A program made the position numbers and the translations under genes. From positions 90,459 to 154,458 of the forward strand of contig CAXXVK010000052.1 in NCBI GenBank assembly GCA_963676915.2: a stretch of 64,000 bases of DNA, in the 5' to 3' direction. Numbering within the stretch: the first letter of the stretch is position 1; the number at the start of each line of letters is the position of its first letter. The notes beneath the pieces are model-generated. The model did no database searches, had not been told where the DNA came from, and saw only the letters and a program-made list of their open reading frames with translations. Source of the DNA: Myxococcota bacterium (GTDB lineage Bacteria > Myxococcota_A > SURF-8 > G963663525). Positions 18,938-27,417 of the stretch are shown one piece after another.

Positions 18938-20197
18938 TTACCAGGCCCCTCCCCCGGTCGAACCGGCGCGATTCCAGGCACGATAACGTTTAAGGGCCGT
19001 CAGCAGATGCCGAACGGACAAATCCCCGCCTTTCATCAATCGTGCAAGACGAACCGGAGAAACGTATCCCATGGCATATCCCAACGAGCGCAACCGAGCG
19101 AGTTTCGCGGTTTCGGCGGGTAACTCCTCAACAAGTGGAAAACACGGCCATAAAACGGAGAAATGAACGTAATCGAACGAAGACATAGCCGCATAACGAA
19201 GAGTCGCCAAGCGATCCAATTCGCTTTCCCCCTCGAAACCCAGCATAAACGTTCCCGTACTTTCGATTCCGTTTTTCCGCAACGATACCAGCAGTTTTTT
19301 CAAATGGCGTTCGTCGATGGTCCTCCCGATCCTCCGGCGTATGGCCGAGTCGGCGCTTTCGACTCCCAACGAGATCCGTGTAACCCCTGAAACCGCCATG
19401 ACTTCCACGAGTTCTTCGTCCATCAGCGTCGGCCAGAAACCGTTCGGAAACAGCAGTTCGATATCCGGCAAACGTCGCCGTATGGACTCCAATACTCGAA
19501 AGAACCACTCCCGATCCGCCAGCGGTTGTTCGTCCTCTACGTAAAACGACCGCACATCGTGACGTTCCCGCAAGATCGTCATTTCGTCCACGATCGATTC
19601 CACGCTCCTTTTGCGCCATGTCGCTTTATAGCGCGTCGAAACGGGACAAAACGAGCAATCGAAGGGACATCCTCGGCTCCATTCCACCGTGGCGTGTTTT
19701 CGTTGTCCGCGAAAATGATGGTAGGCGTACTCGTCTAGTGGAAAAACTTCACGGTCGGCAAAAGGCAGGCGATCCAATGAAACAAACTCGCTTTGGCCTT
19801 CCGGTGACAATGCCCTTTCCTCGGAAAAATACCGCACCGCCGACTCTTCGTCTCCCAATAGAACTTCATCGGCCCCATCGGGACCGACAAACGCTCCGGG
19901 ATCGAGCGCTGCCGCCGTGCCGCAAACCACGACACGACAACCGAAACGTTTTTTTACCGTGCGAACGGCATCCCGTGTCGCCCGCAAGTTTCGAAGGGAG
20001 GTTTCGATAACAACCAGTCGGGGAGGTTCTGTGTCGAAAGCTTGCAAAGATTCACCAAGCGGCGTCTGCGTACGTCGTGCGTCGATTCCCTGCACGTCGG
20101 CTCCCGCTTCGCGTAAAACGGCGGCGACAGAAGCCAGACGAAGCGGATACGGACTTTCGAAGCCCAAAGGTGGCGCAAGCAGCAGAACATCCGCCAT
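18938..20197 (-). CDS. Cobalamin-binding radical SAM protein
   Basis: N-terminal B12-binding-like domain, LDRLPFADRE, EWSRGCPFDCSFC, ISLGVESA, FMLGFEGE. Confidence 0.88.
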   Translation of the reverse strand: MADVLLLAPPLGFESPYPLRLASVAAVLREAGADVQGIDARRTQTPLGESLQAFDTEPPRLVVIETSLRNLRATRDAVRTVKKRFGCRVVVCGTAAALDPGAFVGPDGADEVLLGDEESAVRYFSEERALSPEGQSEFVSLDRLPFADREVFPLDEYAYHHFRGQRKHATVEWSRGCPFDCSFCPVSTRYKATWRKRSVESIVDEMTILRERHDVRSFYVEDEQPLADREWFFRVLESIRRRLPDIELLFPNGFWPTLMDEELVEVMAVSGVTRISLGVESADSAIRRRIGRTIDERHLKKLLVSLRKNGIESTGTFMLGFEGESELDRLATLRYAAMSSFDYVHFSVLWPCFPLVEELPAETAKLARLRSLGYAMGYVSPVRLARLMKGGDLSVRHLLTALKRYRAWNRAGSTGGGAW

Positions 20198-20198
20198 C

Positions 20199-21665
20199 CT
20201 AAGACCTCCGAAACAGGAAATTAAACGCATAGGTGGCGAGAAAAGCTTCGGTATCGAGATTCAACAACAGGTTGACGTGTTTCGACGCCACATAGCGCAA
20301 AATGTATCGCGGCCGTAAAAGCAGCGCTTTATAAAGCTCTTTTTGCCAGTTTTGCACGGTTTCGTCCGAAACGGCACTCATGTTGACAAGGCTCTCGTAA
20401 TGACGGAACTTGCGCCAGTCGCCGGGTAGACGATCTCGGTACCGTTGAAAACTTTCCGAACCGGGATAAGCGGTAAAAAACGCCACCTGCAAAATATCGG
20501 GATCGAGTTCGAGCAGCAAACGACGCGTCTGCTCGAAATCTTCCGGGGTTTCGCCCGGATTGCCGACCATGAAGAATCCAACGGTTCGCAACCCGGCTTC
20601 GCGAGCGAAACGAAAGGCATCCCGTGTCTGTTCTACCCGGATATCCTTTTGCAACACTTTTAAAATTCTCTCCGACCCGCTTTCGACGCCGAAACTGACG
20701 GTCGAACATCCCGCCCGACGCATGGCCCGAAACAGTTCGAGATCCGCCGGTGCAACGCGACACTGGGCCGTCCAGGAAATTTTCAGATCGGCCCGCGAAA
20801 TCTCTTCGCATAACGCCAAAGTACGTGCACGGTTGAACGAGAAAGCATCGTCTGTAAAGACCATTACATTGACGCCTTCGGAGCGAAGAAAGCGCATTTC
20901 CTCCACAACCGATTCCGGCGAGCGAAACCGCATCGATGCTCCGAACGTCGTTCGCAAGGCACGAGAGCAATACAAACAACGCTGGGGACATCCACGGCTC
21001 GTTTGCACGAATCCCCAACGATATCGGCCTGTTTTATTCATCGGGTGCAGGTAGCGATAGCGCCGGTTAAACCAATATCGGTGCATCGGAAACGGCAGGG
21101 CGTCGAGGTCTTTAAGCCATGGGCGCGATCCGCCAAAGTCGATAGCACCGTCCCGGTAACGTCGAATCCCCAGAGGCAGCGACCCATCCCCGCCGGAATC
21201 CAAAAAAACCAGCAGGTCGGCAACGGCTTCGTCGTATTCGCCTTCCAAGGTGAAATCGAACGGGGAGTTTTCGAATAAAAAGGTTTCGGGCATGGCATCG
21301 GCGTGTTGACCGATAGCCAGCACTTTCGTTTCGGGAGCATAACGCCTCACGGATCGAGCCAACTCGAACATAGCGGGAACGCTGGGCGTAATGCCGTTCA
21401 ATACGACCAGACGCGGCGGATGACGCTGAAAATAGCGGTGAAAATCCTCCAGGAAAAACGCCCCCGTTTCGCCATCCAGCACATTCACGCGATATCCCCG
21501 CCGTTGAGCCACAGCAGCGGCGTAGCCGATATCCAAAGGAGCTTCGCAGTTTTCGGGATGTCCTACCGCTTTCCCGAACCAGGAAGGCACGCGGATCAAC
21601 ACGGCATCGATTAGAGAAGCCGATTCATAGAGAAAAGCACGCGGTTTGGAAAATCGGTCGATCAT
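20199..21665 (-). CDS. Cobalamin-binding radical SAM protein
   Basis: PLDIGYAAA, GQHA, GEYD, DLDALPFP, QTSRGCPQRCLYC, FTDDAF, FGVESGS, FMVGNPGET. Start overlaps the upstream stop (ATGA). Confidence 0.92.
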   Translation of the reverse strand: MIDRFSKPRAFLYESASLIDAVLIRVPSWFGKAVGHPENCEAPLDIGYAAAVAQRRGYRVNVLDGETGAFFLEDFHRYFQRHPPRLVVLNGITPSVPAMFELARSVRRYAPETKVLAIGQHADAMPETFLFENSPFDFTLEGEYDEAVADLLVFLDSGGDGSLPLGIRRYRDGAIDFGGSRPWLKDLDALPFPMHRYWFNRRYRYLHPMNKTGRYRWGFVQTSRGCPQRCLYCSRALRTTFGASMRFRSPESVVEEMRFLRSEGVNVMVFTDDAFSFNRARTLALCEEISRADLKISWTAQCRVAPADLELFRAMRRAGCSTVSFGVESGSERILKVLQKDIRVEQTRDAFRFAREAGLRTVGFFMVGNPGETPEDFEQTRRLLLELDPDILQVAFFTAYPGSESFQRYRDRLPGDWRKFRHYESLVNMSAVSDETVQNWQKELYKALLLRPRYILRYVASKHVNLLLNLDTEAFLATYAFNFLFRRS

Positions 21666-22720
21666 CGTTTCCCCATTCCCAACCATCCCGCCAATGACTC
21701 GGAAAACGTCGTCGTCGCACGACCCAACCAGACTTCCGGTTTGAGTTGCAGCAGCATGGACAATTCCACGAGATTCGCTGCCCAGCAATTGTAACACCAG
21801 ACCGTATCGACCCTACGAAACGCCCGTTCGAAACCGAGTTCCAGCGCGTTGTTTTTCTGTTGGGTGCCCTCATGAGTCCGCAAACAGGGAAGCACTTCGC
21901 CATCGGGCATGATGCGACAAAACAGCATCCCACCTACGCAGGTAGCTTTCGTCGGCGCAGGCCACTTCGACAAATGTTCCAAAGCGGGTTGCGAGTTCGC
22001 CACAGGCGCACCACCACGCTTCAGTTCGATGAGCTTTCGGATCGCCTCTCGATAGCCCTCGACAGGCGGCATTTCGGAATTTTCCTTGTGACTCCACAGG
22101 GTTTGCTCGGTGGCGGGTTGAAACGACGCCGTGGCCGAGAATTGCCCGGCCAGATGTAACACGTCCTCGATTTCATCGAGATTCCCGGCAGAAAGCACGG
22201 TCGAAAATTTCAGAGGAATCCCGGCATTCCGGGCGGACTCGGCGGCCCGGATCGTCGCTTGATAGGCTCCCTTGCCTCGCAAAGCGTCGTGTACCTCTTC
22301 CCGTCCGTCGAGACTGAGCGACAACGTATCGAGAGAACGCAAATCGTCGAGGCGCTCCGGGACAAGGGTGCCGTTGCTGCCGAGCGTCACTCTCAAACCT
22401 TTGTTTTTCGCACGTTGAATGATTCGCCCCACATGCTCGCAAAGCAGAGGTTCTCCGCCCGTCAGATGGAGCCAGTAGGTTTCGCCCGAAGCGATCTGAT
22501 CCACGAGATCAAGTGCCTCACCCACCGCCAGTTCGTTTCCGGCAGCCGAGCGGGAATCGCAATACAGGCAACGACCATTGCAACGGTGGGTCAACGCCCA
22601 GGAAACGAAAAGCGGTCGCCTCGTACCCCAAAGCCCCGCTTGCGCAATGCGCCCGGCCACGACGGCTTCCGTCGCCATGTTTCCTATCGTACGAAGCGTT
22701 TGCACACCTTTCGAACTCAT
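21662..22720 (-). CDS. Radical SAM protein with a C-terminal twitch/SPASM-like Cys motif
   Basis: LTHRCNGRCLYC, LTGGEPLL, SNGTL, SLDGREEVHDALRGKG, and C-terminal CVGG..C..PDGEVLPC...CYNCW. Confidence 0.9.
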   Translation of the reverse strand: MSSKGVQTLRTIGNMATEAVVAGRIAQAGLWGTRRPLFVSWALTHRCNGRCLYCDSRSAAGNELAVGEALDLVDQIASGETYWLHLTGGEPLLCEHVGRIIQRAKNKGLRVTLGSNGTLVPERLDDLRSLDTLSLSLDGREEVHDALRGKGAYQATIRAAESARNAGIPLKFSTVLSAGNLDEIEDVLHLAGQFSATASFQPATEQTLWSHKENSEMPPVEGYREAIRKLIELKRGGAPVANSQPALEHLSKWPAPTKATCVGGMLFCRIMPDGEVLPCLRTHEGTQQKNNALELGFERAFRRVDTVWCYNCWAANLVELSMLLQLKPEVWLGRATTTFSESLAGWLGMGKR

Positions 22721-22847
22721 ATCCGGTTTCCTTACGTTGCGTTTCATTTCGGCATTATTCCGCGTTTGAAGCGAATTGGCAATGACAATCGCCCCGGTTC
22801 CTTGTAGCCGAGAAACGGTAGGATCATCAAACGCTCTCTTCAACCGA

Positions 22848-23603
22848 TCAATCGGAAAAAATCCACCCTAGGCTATGATTCAGCAAAAAACCGACGGTCA
22901 AATAAATAACAACAGGCCACAACGTCCGATAACGTCTGTAAACGATAATTCCCCACAATTTCGCTAAAAATCCCAACAAAATGCCACTTCCCATACGTAC
23001 CCAGAAAAATGAAGCCGTGGGATCGTTTGTAAAATCGGTGATGTCGTATTTTATAGCGGATTGCCAAAGCGGAAATCGGGCGATTCCGTCGTAGACCAAA
23101 ATCCAACAGAGAAGGATTCCAAGGGAGTAGGCAAAAGGTTTTTCCAGTACAAGATTCTGTAACAGAACGAAAAACGTTATAAATACGAACACCGTACTCA
23201 ACAGGTTACGAAAAAGCTCCAGCAAACTTCCATCATACCCTTCGACGGGTATGTAAAAATAGAATCGTACACTTACCATCAATATTAAAGCACCACCCGA
23301 CACCATCGCCAACCAGGGAATCGGTTTGAACGATCCCATACGCTGCGCGAAACTCGACCACAGCGGCCCAAACCCGACACGCATAAGAAACAATAGCAAC
23401 ATCAAACAAACCGCGCTTTTGACAGGAGCCACAAACTCCCACAACGACTGGAAGTTTTCGCCATCGATCAAGCCGCTGTCCACAGTAAGCCTCACGGCTT
23501 CCATCGCAACAACCATCAAACCTTCTCCGAGTACCCAAGCAAGAATCCAGACAACGAACTGGCGTCTCCATTCTTTTCCTTGTGGACCACGAGCGTCTAG
23601 CAT
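22848..23603 (-). CDS. Polytopic membrane protein (about 7 TM), possibly a degenerate CPBP/Abi-like protein
   Basis: Multiple hydrophobic helices. C-terminal VYRRYRTLWPVVI...N resembles the CPBP last motif, but EExxxR and the catalytic His are not visible. Confidence 0.6.
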   Translation of the reverse strand: MLDARGPQGKEWRRQFVVWILAWVLGEGLMVVAMEAVRLTVDSGLIDGENFQSLWEFVAPVKSAVCLMLLLFLMRVGFGPLWSSFAQRMGSFKPIPWLAMVSGGALILMVSVRFYFYIPVEGYDGSLLELFRNLLSTVFVFITFFVLLQNLVLEKPFAYSLGILLCWILVYDGIARFPLWQSAIKYDITDFTNDPTASFFWVRMGSGILLGFLAKLWGIIVYRRYRTLWPVVIYLTVGFLLNHSLGWIFSD

Positions 23604-23662
23604 TCACGCCTCCATCGTCTTGGTTCCCTGATGTCACATTCGGAGTTTTTCAGTTATCCATG

Positions 23663-23689
23663 AAAAAAGGCCGTGCTAAGCACAGCCTT
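23663..23689 (-). terminator. Rho-independent terminator after the C45 peptidase gene
   Basis: Minus strand AAGGCTGTGC-TTA-GCACGGCC followed by TTTTTT. Confidence 0.7.
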
Positions 23690-23722
23690 GATTCTACATT
23701 CAATCGGTTGAAAATCCGAGCC

Positions 23723-25111
23723 TTACTCGAAACTTTCCGGGCTGGGAAGTTCCGCGCCTTCTTTGCCGAGCAACTCGTCCAGAGAAAAGCCCTGAAACGT
23801 TTGTTGCGGAACGGGAATTTCCCCGGCTGCCGCCCAGAAAATGCGCTTGGCGGGATCGAACACGATAGCGAACAGCGCACCGTTGGTCGCGAGGCTGGAG
23901 TTGTTGTCGAACACGTCCAGGCCATAGACTTCGCCGGTATTCGGGTCTTGGCGATCACGCATCATGGTGATGAACATTTCGGGAGACAACGTTCCGTACA
24001 GACTGTCGGTAGCATCTTTCGGAAGAAGCTGTTGCAACCGCGCCAAACGATTTGCGGAAGATTCTCCGTTGGGTTCCGCATCGAGTTCGCTGGTTTCCTG
24101 TGCCAGGAAATGATTGGTCACGAATACGATATCATCGTCCAACTCGCGAATTCCTACCGCTTTTCCCGTCATTTCGAAAATGGCAGCCTGATTGTTGGTA
24201 CCATCCGCCACGGTGATGATCTCTGCCGACATGTGCGATACTTCCGCAATCATCTGCCGTGCTTTTTCCAGGCTATCGGCATGTTTGAGAATCTGCGCCT
24301 GCAACTGGACGTGACTGCGGCCATCGAGAGAACCGACGGTTTTGTCCAACGGATCGGCCTCGTTGGAAGCCGCAGAAATCCCGGCCTCATTGATACCACT
24401 GTAGGGACTCAGATTTGCAGGGAAACCGATGAACGCATGGGCCAGTCCATCGCTAGGCTGGCGCACGAAAATCGTCGGAAATTCAAGGATGTAGTCCATC
24501 TGGGTCCAGTCGAGAAGACGAGCGTGATACATGCGACCATCTTCGGTAGCCGCGCCGGTGGCCACAGCCTGACTGCATCCCGGTTGGATCTTCTTGGCCA
24601 AACGCTTGGCTTCTTCTTCGGGAACTCCCGAATAGAGGAATTCCACCAGCACATCTCCGAAATTGAGCACGAGACACATGTCCATCGTCCAGCCGACATC
24701 CCCGGCGGCATCTACCATACCCTGACATTCGTCCAGCACGTCTTGATAGGATTTTTCGTAGGCCAGATCGAGCACGCCAAGGTTCTTGGCGATTTCGGGC
24801 ATCGACGCCAAACCCGGATCGGCTTGGATGAATTCCAGACCTTTTTTCAGCTCTTCATGCAACAGTGTTCCGTGTTGGAATCCCATCTCATAGGGAGTAC
24901 CTTCCAACCAGACGATCGTCCATTTGCCGCGCTTTTCCACTTTTCCGGTGGGAGCGGATTCCTCTTCGCTCTCCTGCTCGGCAATCAGATCGGTATCGCT
25001 ATCGCCCGGAACGTTGTCGTTGTCGTCGTCATCCCCGCCACAAGCCGGAAGTGATAAAACAGCCAAAAGCAGTCCGAAAAAACAAAACATACGCCAAGAA
25101 AGATTCGACAT
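23723..25111 (-). CDS. Peptidase C45 (Ntn-hydrolase, acyl-CoA:6-APA acyltransferase family) lipoprotein
   Basis: Lipobox LPAC, LEGTPYEMGFQHG, autoproteolytic G|CS, HARLLDW, SGINEAGI, VTNHF, SANRLARL. Confidence 0.88.
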   Translation of the reverse strand: MSNLSWRMFCFFGLLLAVLSLPACGGDDDDNDNVPGDSDTDLIAEQESEEESAPTGKVEKRGKWTIVWLEGTPYEMGFQHGTLLHEELKKGLEFIQADPGLASMPEIAKNLGVLDLAYEKSYQDVLDECQGMVDAAGDVGWTMDMCLVLNFGDVLVEFLYSGVPEEEAKRLAKKIQPGCSQAVATGAATEDGRMYHARLLDWTQMDYILEFPTIFVRQPSDGLAHAFIGFPANLSPYSGINEAGISAASNEADPLDKTVGSLDGRSHVQLQAQILKHADSLEKARQMIAEVSHMSAEIITVADGTNNQAAIFEMTGKAVGIRELDDDIVFVTNHFLAQETSELDAEPNGESSANRLARLQQLLPKDATDSLYGTLSPEMFITMMRDRQDPNTGEVYGLDVFDNNSSLATNGALFAIVFDPAKRIFWAAAGEIPVPQQTFQGFSLDELLGKEGAELPSPESFE

Positions 25112-25211
25112 GCTGCGACTCCGCGAAAAGGTGCTTGAAAGTTGTCCGATAATTCTCAAAACGACAGGACAATAACGTACTATCCCACCATTTGGCAATG
25201 ATTGTTCCACC

Positions 25212-27374
25212 TTACCGTGCGGTTTCCCGATCCTTGCAACAACGGAATCCGGCGTACAGGCTGGTCCATCCTGCATTGTAAGTGCACTGCAAACGAGTGG
25301 ACGCCCCTGCGCAATTGAATGCACCACCGCGAATCATGAAGCCCCGGCTATCGATATCGGTGGTCACCGGGATAATCTCCCACAGGTTTCCATTAATATC
25401 GAAAGCTCCGTATTCGTTGACGCAATCGGGAAAGCTGCCCGTCGGCATCATATGAAAACACCAGGCTCCCGATGTTCCCGCCTCACCGCAACTGTAGCCG
25501 CAACCCGAGGAAAGGTTACATTCCTCCAGCGAAATTCCATTCGAAAGACAATAGTCGTCGCAATATGTATCGACACAGTTGCAGGTTTCACGGTTGAATG
25601 TATTGCCGAAAACATAGATATTCCCCTCACTTCCGGTGCAGGAAGCGAACCATTCCTCCGGGGTGCACATTCGTTTTCCGGCCGCCTCGCATGCCGCAGT
25701 GAAAACCGGAACGTCCGCACTCGTAATGGGATTGACATACCAAGGCATCACACCGGCACGACTGACGGCGATACTGTTGTCCGAACCGCTGTCATCCACG
25801 GTTGCATCCTGCCGGGATGCTTCGTAGCGATCGATGCACACTTCTCCAATATCCACCATGTCATCCGGGCAGGCGGAGACGGCGCAGGCGGCGCTTTGTT
25901 CGCAACGTCCTTCATCGGCGAGACAGATTTCATCGGCCTCGCAAGTCTGTGCAATCTCCCAATCTCCCAAGCTTTCCTGCATCGATCCGTCGCAACCTGC
26001 ACTCGTTCCCGTACAATCCCAACGGCGTTCTACCAACTGGCTCGACAACTGCGCCCCACAGAGTTGTTCCGAACAATCGTATTGCGTGAACGACTCTTCC
26101 CGACAAAGGGTTCCTTGTTCCTTAAGCGTTTGGGTTTCGGTATCGCAGCAAAGACCTTCTTCACAATAGGTGGGATCACAGCGAGGACGGTCTGCAAGAC
26201 AGGCGGAAGTTTCAGCATCGCAGGTTTCCGTGGTGTCGCAATCCTGCAGGAGGCTCGGTTCACCCCAAACCAACGTCCCATCACAAGCCGTTGAAATTCC
26301 GGAGCAATGGCGATCGGCGGTTTGCTGCTGAAGATCCGCACCACATTCGTTCCCGCTACAAATCACGCGGGTATCGGCTTCGGTTTCGCAAATGGCATCC
26401 GCACCTCGAATCCGCTGGGCTTCCGTGTCGCAGCAAGGCGCATCCACATCGCAGAAATCGTTGCCGCAAACCGCTTCGGAAACACAACCAAGCTGCTGCA
26501 AGTCGCAAAGTTCCATATCCGTGCAATTTTGTACAATTTCGTACGGTCCCGCAACGGCTTCGCCCTCACATACCGAAGAAGTTCCCGTACAGGTGTTTCG
26601 GTACTCTCTCGCTTCTAGATCGGCTCCGCAGGCGGTACCGGAACAGCGGTACTCGGTGTTCACCCCAAGAATTTGTCCGCAGGGAGTCCCCTGAGGTGCA
26701 AAGGTTTCACTTTCCAGATCGCAGCATTCACCCGCATTGCAATAGGTATCGTCACAAAGCGGCCGGTCGTTTACACACAGCAACTCGACCGAATCGCAAC
26801 GTTGCATCGAAGTGCAATCCGTGTGAAGCGTCCACTCGGCATACGCTCCCAACTCTCCTTCACACGCAGCGGAATTTCCCGAGCAGAAACGGGGACGGTA
26901 GCGGTTGTAAAGGTCTTTTCCGCAACCGGCTTCACCGCCATCCTGCGGATTGTCGGGACAACCGAGTTGGGATTCGGCCTGAGCATCACAAACCGTTTCG
27001 GCGGAATCGAAATGGCAGCCATCCGTACAACACGGTCCTTCCGTGCATTCGCAAGGCGGCTCGCCGTCTTCTTCATCGATAGGATCAGCATCGAAATCCT
27101 GGTCGGATTCTTCGGAATCTTCATCTCCAGGATCGATGCAACCACCCGATTCCTCTTCTTCCTGCTCGACTTCATCCGCTTCGTCTTCGCCCTCAATGTC
27201 GCTATCGGATTCCGAAACGATGTCGTCGTCATCCCCGTTGGGAACGATGATTGGAATATCCCGTTCGAGGTCTTCATCTCCGGCGCTGTCGGTCGAGGAA
27301 CTTTCGAAACATCCGAAAAAAGTCAGAAGAAAACAAGCCGTTCCGATCCACGCAACTTTCTTCAATCCGCACAT
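25212..27374 (-). CDS. Cys-rich lipoprotein with four disintegrin-like repeats and a C-terminal FGE-sulfatase/SUMF1 (C-type-lectin fold) domain
   Basis: Lipobox FFGC, CPDDMV...CIDRYEAS, ACEAAGKRMCTPEEW, GAFDINGNLWE, RGGAF, GFRCC. Confidence 0.85.
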   Translation of the reverse strand: MCGLKKVAWIGTACFLLTFFGCFESSSTDSAGDEDLERDIPIIVPNGDDDDIVSESDSDIEGEDEADEVEQEEEESGGCIDPGDEDSEESDQDFDADPIDEEDGEPPCECTEGPCCTDGCHFDSAETVCDAQAESQLGCPDNPQDGGEAGCGKDLYNRYRPRFCSGNSAACEGELGAYAEWTLHTDCTSMQRCDSVELLCVNDRPLCDDTYCNAGECCDLESETFAPQGTPCGQILGVNTEYRCSGTACGADLEAREYRNTCTGTSSVCEGEAVAGPYEIVQNCTDMELCDLQQLGCVSEAVCGNDFCDVDAPCCDTEAQRIRGADAICETEADTRVICSGNECGADLQQQTADRHCSGISTACDGTLVWGEPSLLQDCDTTETCDAETSACLADRPRCDPTYCEEGLCCDTETQTLKEQGTLCREESFTQYDCSEQLCGAQLSSQLVERRWDCTGTSAGCDGSMQESLGDWEIAQTCEADEICLADEGRCEQSAACAVSACPDDMVDIGEVCIDRYEASRQDATVDDSGSDNSIAVSRAGVMPWYVNPITSADVPVFTAACEAAGKRMCTPEEWFASCTGSEGNIYVFGNTFNRETCNCVDTYCDDYCLSNGISLEECNLSSGCGYSCGEAGTSGAWCFHMMPTGSFPDCVNEYGAFDINGNLWEIIPVTTDIDSRGFMIRGGAFNCAGASTRLQCTYNAGWTSLYAGFRCCKDRETAR

Positions 27375-27417
27375 GACTCACCTCGTTTCCGCGCTTCGAG
27401 ACCATTCACTCTTCGGT

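Noticed and set aside
17669-23603. RiPP cluster or hopanoid hpn cluster
   Set aside because: No precursor peptide, RRE or transporter is visible, and there is no squalene-hopene cyclase or other recognisable hpn gene in the window.
25212-25450. Diversity-generating retroelement target (C-type-lectin-fold C-termini here and at 59670-59800)
   Set aside because: No reverse transcriptase and no template repeat differing at adenines were seen in the window. A remote DGR cannot be excluded.
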